A stretch of DNA of 62,875 nt, the filler included, from Choristocarpus tenellus KU-1152 (lineage: Eukaryota; Protista; Phaeophyceae), in NCBI GenBank assembly GCA_964200185.2. It is 8 parts of 8 records of this genome, joined end to end, with 100 filler letters (N's around TTAATTAATTAA, not from the genome) between each part and the next. Parts side by side here need not be neighbours in the genome. Positions count along the whole stretch, not along the records: positions 1 to 7,095 come from CAXNAD020006710.1; positions 7,196 to 25,140 come from CAXNAD020000603.1; 6 more parts are not named here. One strand, 5' to 3'. The position numbers were made by a program, and so were the translations under genes. Shown here piece after piece: positions 1 to 12,767 of the stretch. A model generated the notes under the pieces. That model did no database searches. It worked only from the letters and a program-made list of their open reading frames with translations, and was not told the origin of the DNA. Within the stretch, counting starts at the first letter, position 1. Each line of letters begins with the position of its first letter.

Positions 1-3000
1 CAGCGGGCCGCTCTGTTATCCCCCCCACCGTTCCCATGACATCACTGACCCCCCCTCCACCCACCCCGCCTCGCCGTCTGTTCCCCCTTGGTCCCATCCC
101 CCCCCCTCCACCAACAACAAGAGCAAGGGATTGACTTGTGCTTCTGTTAATGCCAGCCTCTCCCTCAATCCTGCCTATGGCCCCATTTCCATTCCCACTT
201 ATGGCCCCACGCCCACCGATCTCAGACACGGCCTCACGCATTGATGGCAGCTCCTCTGTCCTAGTTTCTCTTTTGTATGCCTGCCTGGTGGTGAAATCCT
301 GCCCTATCAGGATCAAACGGTCCCCCTCTCCATGCTCTCCACCACTCTCTGCCATCACTGTCAGGCCATGGCAACAGTAGGCATCATACACGGCTGGGGA
401 AGTAGAAGAACGCCCAATCTTGGGTGGGAAACCCTCGGGGGGAGGGCGCCGACGCCCTCCCCCACCCGCTGAAGAGATCACTCCTCCTGGGAGGGCATGG
501 CTTGGTCCCCCTGGGGTTGAGGGGTCACTTGATCCGCGCAAGTAATGCCACAAGGACTCGGGAGGGGGAGAGCGGATGTGGTTGACAGAAAGCAGACCTG
601 CCCTTTGGTTGCCACCACTTTGGTTGGGGTAGGGTTAGGGTTGGGGTTGAGATTGGAACAGGGACTACAGTTCGGGATGGTTATTGGAATGGGGTTCAGA
701 TGTGACGAAGTTACTACATGCAAAGATAAGAAAGCAGGCAACGAATCGTGGCGAAGGTAGGGCACAGTGTGAGCCAGAAAATGGGATCAAGGGTAAAGGG
801 TCTGATCTACAATGGATTGATTGAAGAGGACTGGCTCATTACCCCTAGTATTTGTTGCACCTATTTCTCTGTGGCACCAACCCTTATTCTAATGCTAAGA
901 AGGGAACTGTGTACTAAAATGTCATAATGAGGTCTTCTTAGAGTTGCAGTCACTTGAAACTCAATTTTCCGGCAATAACACAGACCCATTCATGTTGGCA
1001 GTCCCTTTCCAACTTTGGTCTCACAACAGACTACTCTATATGCATGACACAATCAAGTGCTGCCCACATTGTTGGCAATGCCCCTTACCTGTATCCTGAG
1101 GAGAGGTAGAACCTCATCCCTGCATTGCTCACTGCTACCAGGTGAATCTCCTGGCTCTCCAGTGGATCCACAACTTGCAGGGAAACAACCTGGACAACCA
1201 GAGACAAACAGGCAAAAGGTTAGCAAGGGGGATTATCATTTACTTGCCTTGTTGCACAACATGCACAATCACAGATGCCACAGAATGTCTTCACATTCCA
1301 AAGCACGCAGAAAGTTACATCTTCTGGCTCACCGATATAAAAAGGCACTATGCACATGACAAAAGACAGGATGCTGAGCTCAAGTTTGCTTATGCTCTTA
1401 TGGAAGCAGCTGTTGGGAAGGTAAAAAGTGCATTAAAAACTTTGATTTTTCTTCCAACAGTGACCCTTTTGCTAGTCCAAAAAACAATATCTCCACCTTC
1501 TCTACCATAAACAAGTGAGGAGATGAACTAATAGCCAGATTGAACCAAGTGTACTCACTCTTCAAGTGAGTAGGACTCTGTACCAACCCTCTCATTAAAC
1601 ATGCACAACATACATCCAGGGTATCACCTGGTATGGATGAGGTTTATCAAAGACTCGTTGGTCTGGGAGCAGATGTGTGCGTGTTTCCCAGCCGCTGACA
1701 CGGGCGCATGTCCTCTGAGCTGCTTGCCACAGGTTGAAGTGACTTGCCTGGGAAAGGCAAATGACACTCGTCTTTTAGATGGGTGAGAGCAACAAGTAAG
1801 GAAATGCACACCCCACTAATTGATTTCCCCTTTTGCTCAATCGCCTTTACTTTTATGTCAACATCAACATGCCATACACACCAAAAGATAGTATTTTCCC
1901 CGAAGTAGAACACATTTAAGTACACTTGTCCAAAAAATTTCCTCTCTTCTACTATCCATACTAATATACTTTGCACCTTGATGCAAAATGTCAAGGAGTG
2001 GCATGAGCAACATTGGTCACCTTTTGGATGGTCTGGTTCCCATCCAGGCCAAGGTCAAATAGATCTATGCCCCCATCACAGTCCAGTGTATATACGATGT
2101 TACGCATGCTGTCCACCACAATGTCAACCAGGACTCTGTCCCCTGATCGCAGACCCAGAAGGGTGAGCAGTGCTGGCACAACTGACGAAGGTGAGGAGTT
2201 TGATGTTCTTGCAAGGCGTCGGCACTTCCGTGTGCCTGTGGAGTCCCCCACAAAGAAAACCGAATACATAAAGCCATAGGTTACCCGGTACTCCAGTTCA
2301 TAGAGATTGCCGTCCTTGCCTGCCATAAACACACGACCGTTGGGGTGTCCCACTATCTTCAGCATGGACACACCATCCGTTCCTGCCTTGAAGTTAGTTG
2401 GTCGCACCTCCACCCTACCCTCAAGTTCCTCCCAAGCTTCACCTGCTGCATTTGCTCCCTTTCCTCTTCCCCCACCAACATTTTTGCGGTCCTTAAGAGT
2501 GACAGCGAGAAGTACTACTTCGATGGTGGTGGCCACAACCAGAATGTACTTGACCGCGTCTTGAAACACCCCTCGCTTTGGAGGGACGAGAGCGACAGTT
2601 ACGATGACCTGGTCCAGATCCCTGTACTGGGTGAAGTCTTGGGTTTGGTAATCCCAAAGATAGAGGACGTTGTCCACGCTTAACCAAGCATGATGGATCT
2701 CTGGTAGGAGGCCCATGAAGGACATGCATTCCACGCGGTCGCGCTCGCGTGCGAGGTGAGGTGGGAGCTGTACAAAGCCCTCGCGTTCTACCTGTTAGGG
2801 GGCCCATGACGCAGGCACGGATGCGTCAATATCCCCCAAAAATTGCAGCCATTACGAGTACATGCTAGCGGGGTTGAGTGGAAGTAGGTGTAAGGAAAGT
2901 GTTTATACATCCACCTTGAGGAAGTATCTGCACCTGTGCATATGAGATCCTATCACCAGACTGTGATTTTAAGTCCACCACCATGAGTTTAAGGGATGTA

Positions 3001-3444
3001 CTGCCTAAAAGGCGGCATATCCACACCAATAGGGGAGGGGCAGCATGCTAAGGTTCGTCCATGTGCCTACATTGGGAACGGCGCCAACAACAATGCAACC
3101 TTGTCCATGTAATGCACGGGTAGGTGCAAGTCTAATCGTGATGGGAAGCGCACAAAAAACAAGTACCAACAGTTGGAAACGCACCAACATTCCATCCCAG
3201 GGGTGGCACATTTCAAAAACTGTACCTGCGAACCCAAACTTCCTGGCACGAATGGATCGCAGAAGTATCCGTACGCAGGCGGAGGTGAACTGTTGGATAG
3301 CTGTTTCCCTAGCTCTGGAACCAGCTCATCCCTTCGCAATTGTTGAACCAGGGAAGCACTAGCGTCCATCAGCACCTTGAACGGATCGTTGGGTGAAGCA
3401 AGGTTGTTGGTTCCATGGCCAGCCAAGGCACCATTTGCACGCAT
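1..3444 (-). CDS. NUP155: Nucleoporin Nup155/Nup170 family, N-terminal beta-propeller part (runs off window start)
   Basis: Exons rebuilt with GT-AG and consistent phase: 3444-3226, 2791-2021, 1747-1628, 1189-1089, 617-<1. Family motifs: VQLPPHL..ECMSFMGLLPEIHHAWLSVDNVLYLWDY, GRVFMAGKDGNLYELEY, ESQEIHLVAVSNAGMRFYL, LSVNHIRSPP. Confidence 0.93.
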
Positions 3445-3749
3445 GTCTTTCTACAAGCACAGGGCACGGAACACTCAGGCGAGGCCCACTAAATTGTTGC
3501 AAAGGCGTCGCCTCAATGTTGCGTGTGTTGGGCAGCCACCTGCAGGTGCTAACCCTCTTTAAACTTGGATGTTGGCGGGCTTCAGTACCCACTACACAAT
3601 GCTCATTTCATCGTGGCAGGCGTTCTGGCGTTTCGAATCTAAGTATGGGAAGGTGAAGATCTTGCACTACCTCTAATCTCTGTTGCAGTAGAGAAGAACA
3701 CAATTCGTCAAATACGCTAGGAATAAGGGGCATTATCTAGTCCAAAAGC

Positions 3750-5501
3750 ATGGCGTCAGTGAGCATGCGGAGAGGAAAGCTCGCCCCATCCGTCCGTCGA
3801 AAACCCGACGCTTCGTTTACACAGGCGGACACGAATTGGAGAATGGGTATCGATGCGCCTTGCTACACGGTGCGCCAAGCTCTCCACCATTTCTTGGACA
3901 CATCGCAGTAGAGAGCTAAGTGAGAAAGAAATAAAGGATGAAGTGAAGGTTAACCTTGTCTTTGTGTCCAATCCCAGACCACATACCAAACATCCACCTC
4001 CAAAGCGAAGGAGGGACAATATTGGCCGATGTGCAAAGTAAACAAGAATGCGTCGGATGAGGTGTTCAGCGGAGGTTACAGGTGAGAAGTGGCGACACTT
4101 CTTAACGCAGGAGATCTAGTCAGTACGGATCTTTGGCAGTCAGCAGATTCCCCAGATGAACCATAGCAACACCTACGAATTTGCGAGGGGGTGGACCTGC
4201 TCTGTAGGAGAGGGACGATCAAGTAATCAAATACAAGAGCTCTAGTCTGTATTATCTCGACATGCTATACTGACCTAAAGTATCTGGGGGGGGCGGGGGC
4301 GGGGGCGGGCTACACTAGGGTATCAATTTGGCCCATAACCAGGAAAAGTGCACTTTCATTATCCATTCGACGTATGGAATCAAATCACCGAAAAATCGCT
4401 ACATGAAAAAATTGGCCCCAAGTGGACAGTCGCAACCCCCCCCCCCCCCAGATACTTCGAGTCACTCTATGTCTGTTGCTGACGGTCACTACAGTCAAAC
4501 TAGTAGATCTGGGGGGTTAGGGGGTTCACGCACCCCTAGATCAAATAATAGATAAGAAGTCAAATGCCATATATATAAAACATCTTCTCATTTGTAAAGC
4601 AACAATCAGGGAAATTATGTGGTCCAACCTGTAGATTACGAACACCGTCGACTTCGTAAGTCGGATCACCCCACGCTATCCTATACTATGCTCCTCCGCG
4701 TTCTGAGCTCTGTCAAGTCTATACATATATGCGTACCTCATCTCCACCTACCCACATCAGGAACACATCCGAACTTCAAAGACATGTATATAGAGAGAGC
4801 AACAAGTGTGGCAGTCAAAGAAATTGATATGCTACCTGAGCAATTATTAACTGCTACAATATGTTGATGTGATAATTATCTTGATAACCCACAGGCCGCC
4901 AACAAATGACCCTCAATTCAGCACAGTTATCCGACAAGACTATACACTCTCCAAGTCGGTCTGTAGTGAAGACTACACAAAGAGAGTTCCCCCTGAGGGA
5001 TTCGACCGGCTGAGAGCCAATCGTACAAACTACAGCCTCGGGAATCAGATGGTGGCTCCAGGAGGACTAAAATCTGCAACTGCCGAACTCCAAATGTCCA
5101 ACCCTCAGAACCGACCATCAGTACAGCAACCTCAGATTGGCGGCTGGACTCGGAGGAACTCGAAAGGAGAGACATACTACCAAGACATCGAGAGTGTTGA
5201 AAGCGTGCGAAGAGGGGGTGGAGGTGGCGAGGGTATACTTGGGGTTCAGTTTAACATTGTCACCGGGGAATGCGAACCAAAGGCTCGTAAGAGGGCACTG
5301 TTACAGGCAGGGCCTCGTCGGACACTAAACAACAAGGAAAAGGAGGACTTGCACCCAACAGACTCATGGGGGGACACATCTGGGCACTACATAGATATTG
5401 TGACTGGAAAGAAAAGGATCAGCCCTGCCGCTCCCCCTCAACCCACATCTGTCTCATTAAGAAGACCTGAGGAGACATCCAGGAGGACTCGACCATGGTA
5501 G
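3750..5501 (+). CDS. Uncharacterised ~276-aa protein, candidate ciliary microtubule inner protein (SAXO/TEX45-like repeats)
   Basis: Exons 3750-3869, 3978-4081, 4895-5501 join in frame. Repeated motifs TNWRMGID..CYTTTYQ, FSTVIRQDY, RTNYSLGNQ and two (N/D)IVTG motifs resemble Mn/SAXO-type MIP repeats. Gene structure is well supported, function is inferred. Confidence 0.6.
4272..4463. mobile_element. MITE, family A (PIF/Harbinger-like, 3-bp TSD)
   Basis: TIRs GACCTAAAGTATCTGGGGG / CCCCCAGATACTTCGAGTC, flanked by ACT...ACT. Lies in intron 2 of the 3750-5501 gene. Confidence 0.8.
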
Positions 5502-6894
5502 CACCATTTAATTTATTGCACCTCCAGGGAGTGCTTCTACCATTAATAGGGTAGAATGTTCCAATCCCAACCTCCAGTTGGTAGATGATGGCGTGCTTAA
5601 TTCTGTGAAATGTCTGTGTGTTTCTATTTCAGAAACTCAAACAAATCTTGATGTAAGAGTATGCCTCAGGAGTCTAAACTGGGAACAAATGTACTTGTGT
5701 TTCAAAAAGGTGTTTGAGGAGGTTGGGGCATAAGTCACAAACTGTGTGCGTGCACCCTGCCGTGTGACTTGGTTAGTTTCATATTATATGTGGTCCTGAT
5801 AAGGAACCCAACTAATGGCAAAGAAATCTATACATCTCATCTTCCAAGTGTCCTATATTTGATTGGACTTTATCCGCAATACTGTAGACGTTTTGCTTGC
5901 CTACTGCATATCTTAGATCAGGTTTGCTGCACAGCTATATTTACATTCCTTGACTGTTTGACCATGGCAATCGGTCTGTTAGGTTCTCTGGGACTCTACT
6001 TGGAGTATTTTCCTGAATGCAGCAATGTTTCACATATCAAACAAAATAAGTATGAGTGAACTCTCACAATTAAGCCATAAACAATGAATTAAGCCATATA
6101 TTAGGGTGGTGCTTGCTTTGCGCAGAGAAGTTCAATGTTGGACATGAATTACGCCAGTGAGTTGGGCAAAGCGAAGCATCTGCAAGCACCACAAAGATTA
6201 ACTTGTTCTAGACAAATAATCTATGTACGCAGTGTTGAGAAAACCACTTTCAAATTCAAAGCCGTGCAATAGTGGTATTGAGGCACTTGTAGAAGCTCAC
6301 ATATGCTCTCATTAGCTGGACAGGATTTGCAATGAGAACACACCGTTACATTGCCATAAAAGCAAGGGCTGCAAACGGTGGGGTCATCCATTCCATGACT
6401 CGACCATTATCTGAAAGTAATGAGTTCTTCAGCATATTACAGGAAGAGGGGGAAAAGAGGGTGTAGTCGTCCAAGGAATGAACCTTGTTGTGGTGAAGAA
6501 TGGTTATTTAACCATCAACACAAACTTCTGGAATTTTAGCAGCATTCCCATTTGTGACCCCCTGCAAAATATCAAATACTTCAAGTACTACTTGTACTCT
6601 GAGGAGGTGAGATATCTTACCTGATGATTCCTACGTGTTCCATCTTTGCTGATTCTTATGTTAGAGCTTTGCCAAGGCTTCCCAAGTCGCGAACTGTGTG
6701 CTGTGCAGATAATATACACCACTAGATCAAGGTGGATGTTATGCATAACCAGGAGTTGGACAACATTAAGCCTCTTCATTGATGAGCTGCAAATGCTTGG
6801 CGGTGGGTGACTACCACATATGAATACCATGGTTTCTTCAATGCCATAAATGTACAGTACGTATGTGTAAACAGTCCTCGTACCGACAACACCT

Positions 6895-7072
6895 GGCTCA
6901 AAGTATCTGGGGGAGTGGCGGCTGTCCTTTTGGGGTCAAATTTTTCATGTTGCAATTTGTGGGTGATTTGATTGTATATGTCGGATGGACAATGTAAATG
7001 CGCTTTCCCTGGTTTTGGCCCAAATGGACACCCTGGTGCACCCCCCTCCCCCCCCCCCAGATACTTTGGGTC
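6895..7072. mobile_element. MITE, family A
   Basis: TIRs GGCTCAAAGTATCTGGGGG / CCCCCAGATACTTTGGGTC, TSD CCT...CCT. The interior is the reverse-orientation homolog of the 4272 copy. Confidence 0.8.
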
Positions 7073-7095
7073 CCTTATTGCAAGGGCCGCAATAC

Positions 7096-7195
7096 NNNNN
7101 NNNNNNNNNNNNNNNNNNNNNNNNNNNNNNNNNNNNNNNTTAATTAATTAANNNNNNNNNNNNNNNNNNNNNNNNNNNNNNNNNNNNNNNNNNNN
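7096..7195. other. Artificial contig linker N44-TTAATTAATTAA-N44 (first of seven)
   Basis: Identical 100-bp spacer with stops in all six frames at 7096-7195, 25141-25240, 37768-37867, 40621-40720, 46122-46221, 55871-55970 and 59336-59435. Confidence 0.97.
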
Positions 7196-8228
7196 GGGGG
7201 GGGGGGCTGGGAGGGAGTTGGAGGGGTCGTGCAAGGAAATGTCATTTGTGTGAGTTGGATACATGTTCCACTTCCACAAGGATAATATTATATTATATTA
7301 TTATTTTCTTTAAAAAAATAAATCCATCAGCAAGACATTTTTTTTTCTTGTCTGTTAAGCCCGTAACAAATATTTTATTCATTTTATTAATAGTAGTACT
7401 CTCAGACTTTGAGAGTGCTGATGTTTAGTAGTGTTGTAGAAAGCTCTACTACTACTGTACAGTTGTTCCTGTTCCCTTTTCTCTTCTCTTTTTTTATAAT
7501 TCTCAGGCTTGAGTTTTATTTTATTCATTTAATGGCTATTTATTAGTGGGAATCTCTGCTACTGCGTTACACTAGTAGTTTTATTTTATTTTTCTGAGAT
7601 GTTTTGATCTCTTTTTTATTATTGTTTTGGATGATTGCGTGCGCTGCTGTCATTCCTAAATAACGCCTTCGGTGGTTGGTTGCACGGGGGGACATGACCT
7701 GCCCACAAGGTAGTCGGTTACATTATTTTTTTTTGTAGTGGGGGTGGTCAGTAAGTGACCACCACCTTACCTTGTTGGCTAACCAATCAGGAAGGGTTGT
7801 ACTGGGGTGTAGAGGTACTGGAACCACTTACTCACAAGGGTAAGGGTTAGGGTTAGTATCAACATGCAGTTAATGGTTATTTTTGAGTTTATCGACTATG
7901 GAGAGAGACAGAGAGAGAGAGATGTGAGCATTGTGTTGTGCTTGTGAAGTGATGATCTGGTGATCTCCGCTGGAGGAGAGAGGTGGTGGGTATTGTTATT
8001 TGATGATAATTCTCTTGTTCATCTAGGTAGAAGAAGAGCTAAAAGAGACAGTTGTATGTCGTAGGTGAGGCAGTCGCCACCTAATTCAAAAACTAGGAAG
8101 GCGTTCTCTGTGGTTCAGCACGCTTTTGTCTCATTTGCTGCTTCAATATACATGTGTTGTTTGGGGAGGGTTATCATTGAGTGTTTGGGATCCCCCCCAA
8201 TGTGACTAATGACAGACGAGCACTTCCT

Positions 8229-8500
8229 GACTCAAAGTATCTGGGGGAGGAGTGGCTGTCCATTTGGGGTCCATTTTTCCATGTGTGATTTCTTGGTAAT
8301 TTGATTGCATATATCGGATGGATAATGTAAGTGCACTTTTCCTGTCAGGGCCTGAATGGACACCCTCGTGTAGACCACCTCCCCCCACCCCCCCCCCCCC
8401 CCCCCCCCCTCCACTAGTCACGGTACCGGTTTACTCTCGGGGGGTGATGGGCCCCCCCTGGTTCCCCCCCCCCCCCCCCCCCCCCCAGATACTTTGAACC
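8229..8500. mobile_element. MITE, family A
   Basis: TIRs GACTCAAAGTATCTGGGGG / CCCCCAGATACTTTGAACC, flanks CCT/TCT. Interior is colinear with the 6895 copy, with long poly-C tracts. Confidence 0.75.
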
Positions 8501-9600
8501 TCTGTTTGGGTGCATACATGAGCTTCTAGCACCCAGGATGCAAATCCCATGTGTGTGATGTTCATCATCTTTACCTCCCTCTTCTGTAGCCTCGTTCTCC
8601 CACCGGAGGAGGCTTTAGTTGCACTTCAGGAATGGGAAATTAGGTGTCATGCCTGAGATATCATGTAAAAACCCTATTTACTCCAAAGGTTCTAAGTTCG
8701 TTCTGACTCCCTTCTCCAGATCCACATTAAGAAGGAATAACAAAAGTGGAAATAATACAAGTTCCTCTACAAACTCCCTTTTTTTAAGCTCTGGGTGCTC
8801 CTGGGTGAGCGTGGTCCTTTCTCCTCCAGGTTGCAAGTCTTGATGCTGGAGGGTCACATGGTAATCATGGTTGTTATTGGGGTGTGTGTCCTTGGAAGAT
8901 TATAGGGTTAGGGAGGTCAAGGTGGCATTGAATGGAAGATGGCAGTTACAGTATAGTTGTAACAGGAACAGCAATTATTGTTTGGGTAATGACCAGGGGA
9001 GGAATCTGTTCTCATTCTATTTCTTGTGGGATGGATTACCCTGTCTGTGCTGTTGAGAAGTTCAGAATTGTTCTCAATTGTTGCTGTTGTTGTCATGACC
9101 CTTTGATTCTATTATTTTTATTACTAATTTACTACTACTACGCGTAAAAAAAATATTTCTTAAAATCATTTTTTGAAATTTAAAAAAAAACACTCTGTAC
9201 TGCGTTATGCCTTTTTTCTTTTTCTTTTTTTTGGGGGGGGGTTGAGGGACTTACAGTTGGTAGGCAAGGCACCGATTTTGTAGTGGAGGAGTCTCTCCAC
9301 TGATGAAGGTCCTTTTTTTAGAAAAATTGCGTATAGCTTTGTGCATGCAAAATATATATATATATATATTTATCATAATGTAAGGATGCAATGATGCTAT
9401 GTTACTATGTTAGTTTTTGGTTCAATGTTGTTCTGTGACTGCCATTCCCTACCAGAGGAGCAATACCTTCAAGGACACAACTCCACCCTTAGTGATGTCG
9501 ATGATCTCAGTTACCTGTTGATCCAGTTCAGTCAAGAAGGAGGGTCCCTCCTCTCATTGAGCCTCTTGATAGCACTCTACCAATAAATACGGGGCATATA

Positions 9601-9631
<31 letters not shown>

Positions 9632-9850
9632 GATCTAGAAGTACTTGGTATTAACTGTACCATAACTAGAGTACATCGGGGGCCTGGTCTGCCACCCTCC
9701 CCCTTCAGCCCACAAACTCCTCGCCAAAATTACACAAGCTTGACTTTTGTCTTGACATTTTACTATGTGCATTACATGTCATGTTAACTCTGATATCCCT
9801 TCAACTGACAAGAGGGAGACATGTTAGTTACTTGGCAACCTAGTTTGTAG

Positions 9851-12733
9851 TCACAATCCCTGTTGAAATCCTCCTGCTTGGACCTGGTCCACGAGTGGGT
9901 TATACAGGACGGAGTTGGCGTCCCCCCCAGCCGCCCGCATGAGGGTCACCAGGACTTGCTCAGGAATGTCCTGGTTGAAGCAAACGCCTAATCCCTCTAG
10001 GACAACCCGAAGGTCTGACCGCGAGACTATTCCGTTCCCCTGAGGCATTTCGTTTGTTACGGGAGCACAGGCAACAAACGAGTCAGAGGAGATTTTTAAT
10101 GCACAAATATAATATAATTACATACATACATGTTACAAAGTGTGTATTGTATTATATTTTAGTGCTTTTGATTGTGAGCGTGATGTCTTGTATTTTTATT
10201 ATGTTTATTTATGTGTGAATACTATTAGTAAGTAGTACAAAACTTGTGTATGTAGTGCATGGGAGTGCCATTTTTTTATTAATTAACTGACGAGAATAAA
10301 AATTAAAGTAAAAAAATAAAAAAAAGAATTTGATGCTCAAAAAAATAAAGTGTAAAACATGTGCAAAAAAAAAATTCTGTCCTTCCGGGTTCCTCTCACA
10401 CATACACTCATGTTTTTTTCTTTTTGAGGTCGTTTTGTTCCGAAAAAAGACTGTTTTTACAGCTATCAATTACTCTGCAGAGTATCTGCACATTTTGGGG
10501 TGTGGAAGAGAGTGGTTATTACAAACAGAACAGTTTAATTTATTTTTCTTCCACCAGCACCAGTATTTCAAGTTGGGGTTTCCATTTAGTTGGAAAGGCG
10601 GTGCGCCATGACTATATATATATATATATATGACCAAAAAAAAGGAAGCCGTTGGTGGAACAAGAATTTGGTGAGAAATGTTTTGAACCGTTTGTGGTAG
10701 TAAGAACATCCTAGTAAGAAAATCCAACCATTTTTTTGCAGACATTTGTGAGTGTCCTTTAAAATGCAACTCCGGTACCTCTCACTTCCTTTGACTCTAG
10801 GACATGATGTGGGTATAAATTATCTTATTTTTTGTCTTCCATGCAGCAGGGTGAGAAAAGTCACTTGCATGGTTTAATGCTAGTGTTTTGTAATAATAAC
10901 AATTATTATAATAATTATATTTATTATTATTATCGTATCTAGCCAAGCGTACCACTTGAAGTTCTTCATGTACTTAGACATACCCTAACCCTATTGTTGA
11001 TCGTATATACTTCATTGACTTGAAAATATAATGGCAATGATTGGACACGTGCGTTCTTGTGGGCCTATGCTCGCCTTCTTGTGGGCCTACGCTCGCCTAA
11101 CCTCTGTTCCATATTTTCAGAACAATTTCTGGGGGACATATTCTTTTCAAATACAACTCATCTTACGTAAAATGTTCCGATTAATCCAACGCAAAAATCC
11201 GTTATTGAAATCGGAGGGTCATCCAGAAGAGGTACATGCATAAAGGCACAGACTTAAGGGATAGAGGGAGTATACTAGTTTTGATATAATTTTGATATGA
11301 TGATTTCTGATAGTGTGAACCCCGTTGGATATGGTGCCAATAGTATAATGTCCAGGTCATAACTGTCTCAGTCCAGAGTGATACCACAAAGCGATATTGC
11401 AATTGAGGGGTAGGGGGGAAGATGCAAAACGCATTCTTGTTCATGAATAGTCGAGTGTATTTTTTTATTTGTGGTCTGGAGTGTTTCACATTTCAAACCG
11501 AACAAATAAGAGTGGGATGCATTGACCCGGTGCTAACAAGTCCCCCCCCTGGCCCTACAATCATGGCATCACAGTCTTTAACCGAATCCTTCTCAAACCC
11601 ACATGAAATTGCAACATTGGCGGATATTTTTGAAGTAGGTGTATACAGCTGGTTCTGGAGAACAAGATATCAAATGTTTGATCTACAGCCCTCCTTGTCT
11701 CCTACACGATAATAGTAATGTCAATAATGTTAGTGACAACAATAGTCTTAGGGACAAAGAGAGCAATAATGATAACAATATTATTAATAATAATGGCAAT
11801 GGTTGTGGTGTTTTTATAACAGGTGTAGGTCAAGAGTGTTTAGTCACATCGTATGACTAACCCTAAGTATACTCACTTCAGACCCTCTTAAGGAGGTAGG
11901 ACTAAAAAGGTATTCCCTCCAGACTTGTAAGTACTAAACAAAAAAGGGTATTGTACCTCTCTTTTGTTTGGCAACCCTGACCGTCACACCCAACCCAACC
12001 AGTTTCTCCCCCAAAAGAGGACTCTGTGTGGCTCTGTACAATGGTATCAATGCAATACATCCATTGGTGTCAATACAATGCATCCATTGGTGTCAATGCA
12101 ATACATACAATAATATATCAATGCAGTACATCCATTGGTATCAACACAGTACATCCATTGGTATCAATACAATACAATAATATATCAATGCAGTACATCC
12201 ATTGGTATCAATGCAATACATCCATTTTGTGGCCTGTGTAACCTTGTGGTGATGTCATGTCATGTTAGTCATGGTGTCATACATACCTTCCGTTTCCACA
12301 CCACTAACCCTAACCCTAGAAAAAATCCAAAGAATAATCACAAGCAAAACAGGCATCAAGACTGGGGTATCCTACAGCATCCCATCAAGTCCCATGGGTA
12401 CCATCTTGTCTTAGAGGGGGGGAGGGGAGTATTTAGCCCAGGTTGTCCATTCAGAGCTTGAAGGGGGGTTCTACAATACCCTACTTTGTTTGATGCCACA
12501 GTTTCACAACTGATCTTCCTTTTGTATTTGGTCTAGGGTTAGGGTTAGTGGTGTGGAAATGGAAGGCGTGTTTAGATATGAAGGAAATTGACCATTCATC
12601 TTGAGACGTTCACTTAGACGTACTTAGATGACATTAAAATCATACCTCTGGGTTCACACCAGCCCCGAGTGGACGCATGAATCCCCCTCCACGATACCAA
12701 GGGCCTGGAACACTTTTTACTCTTTTTCTAAAT

Positions 12734-12767
<34 letters not shown>

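Noticed and set aside
6400-6830. Possible terminal exons of a minus-strand gene
   Set aside because: Splice-like sites exist but no frame gives a recognisable or convincingly open product.
12026-12241. ORFs with QYIHWYQ repeats
   Set aside because: Translation of an intronic minisatellite on the strand opposite EFHC1.
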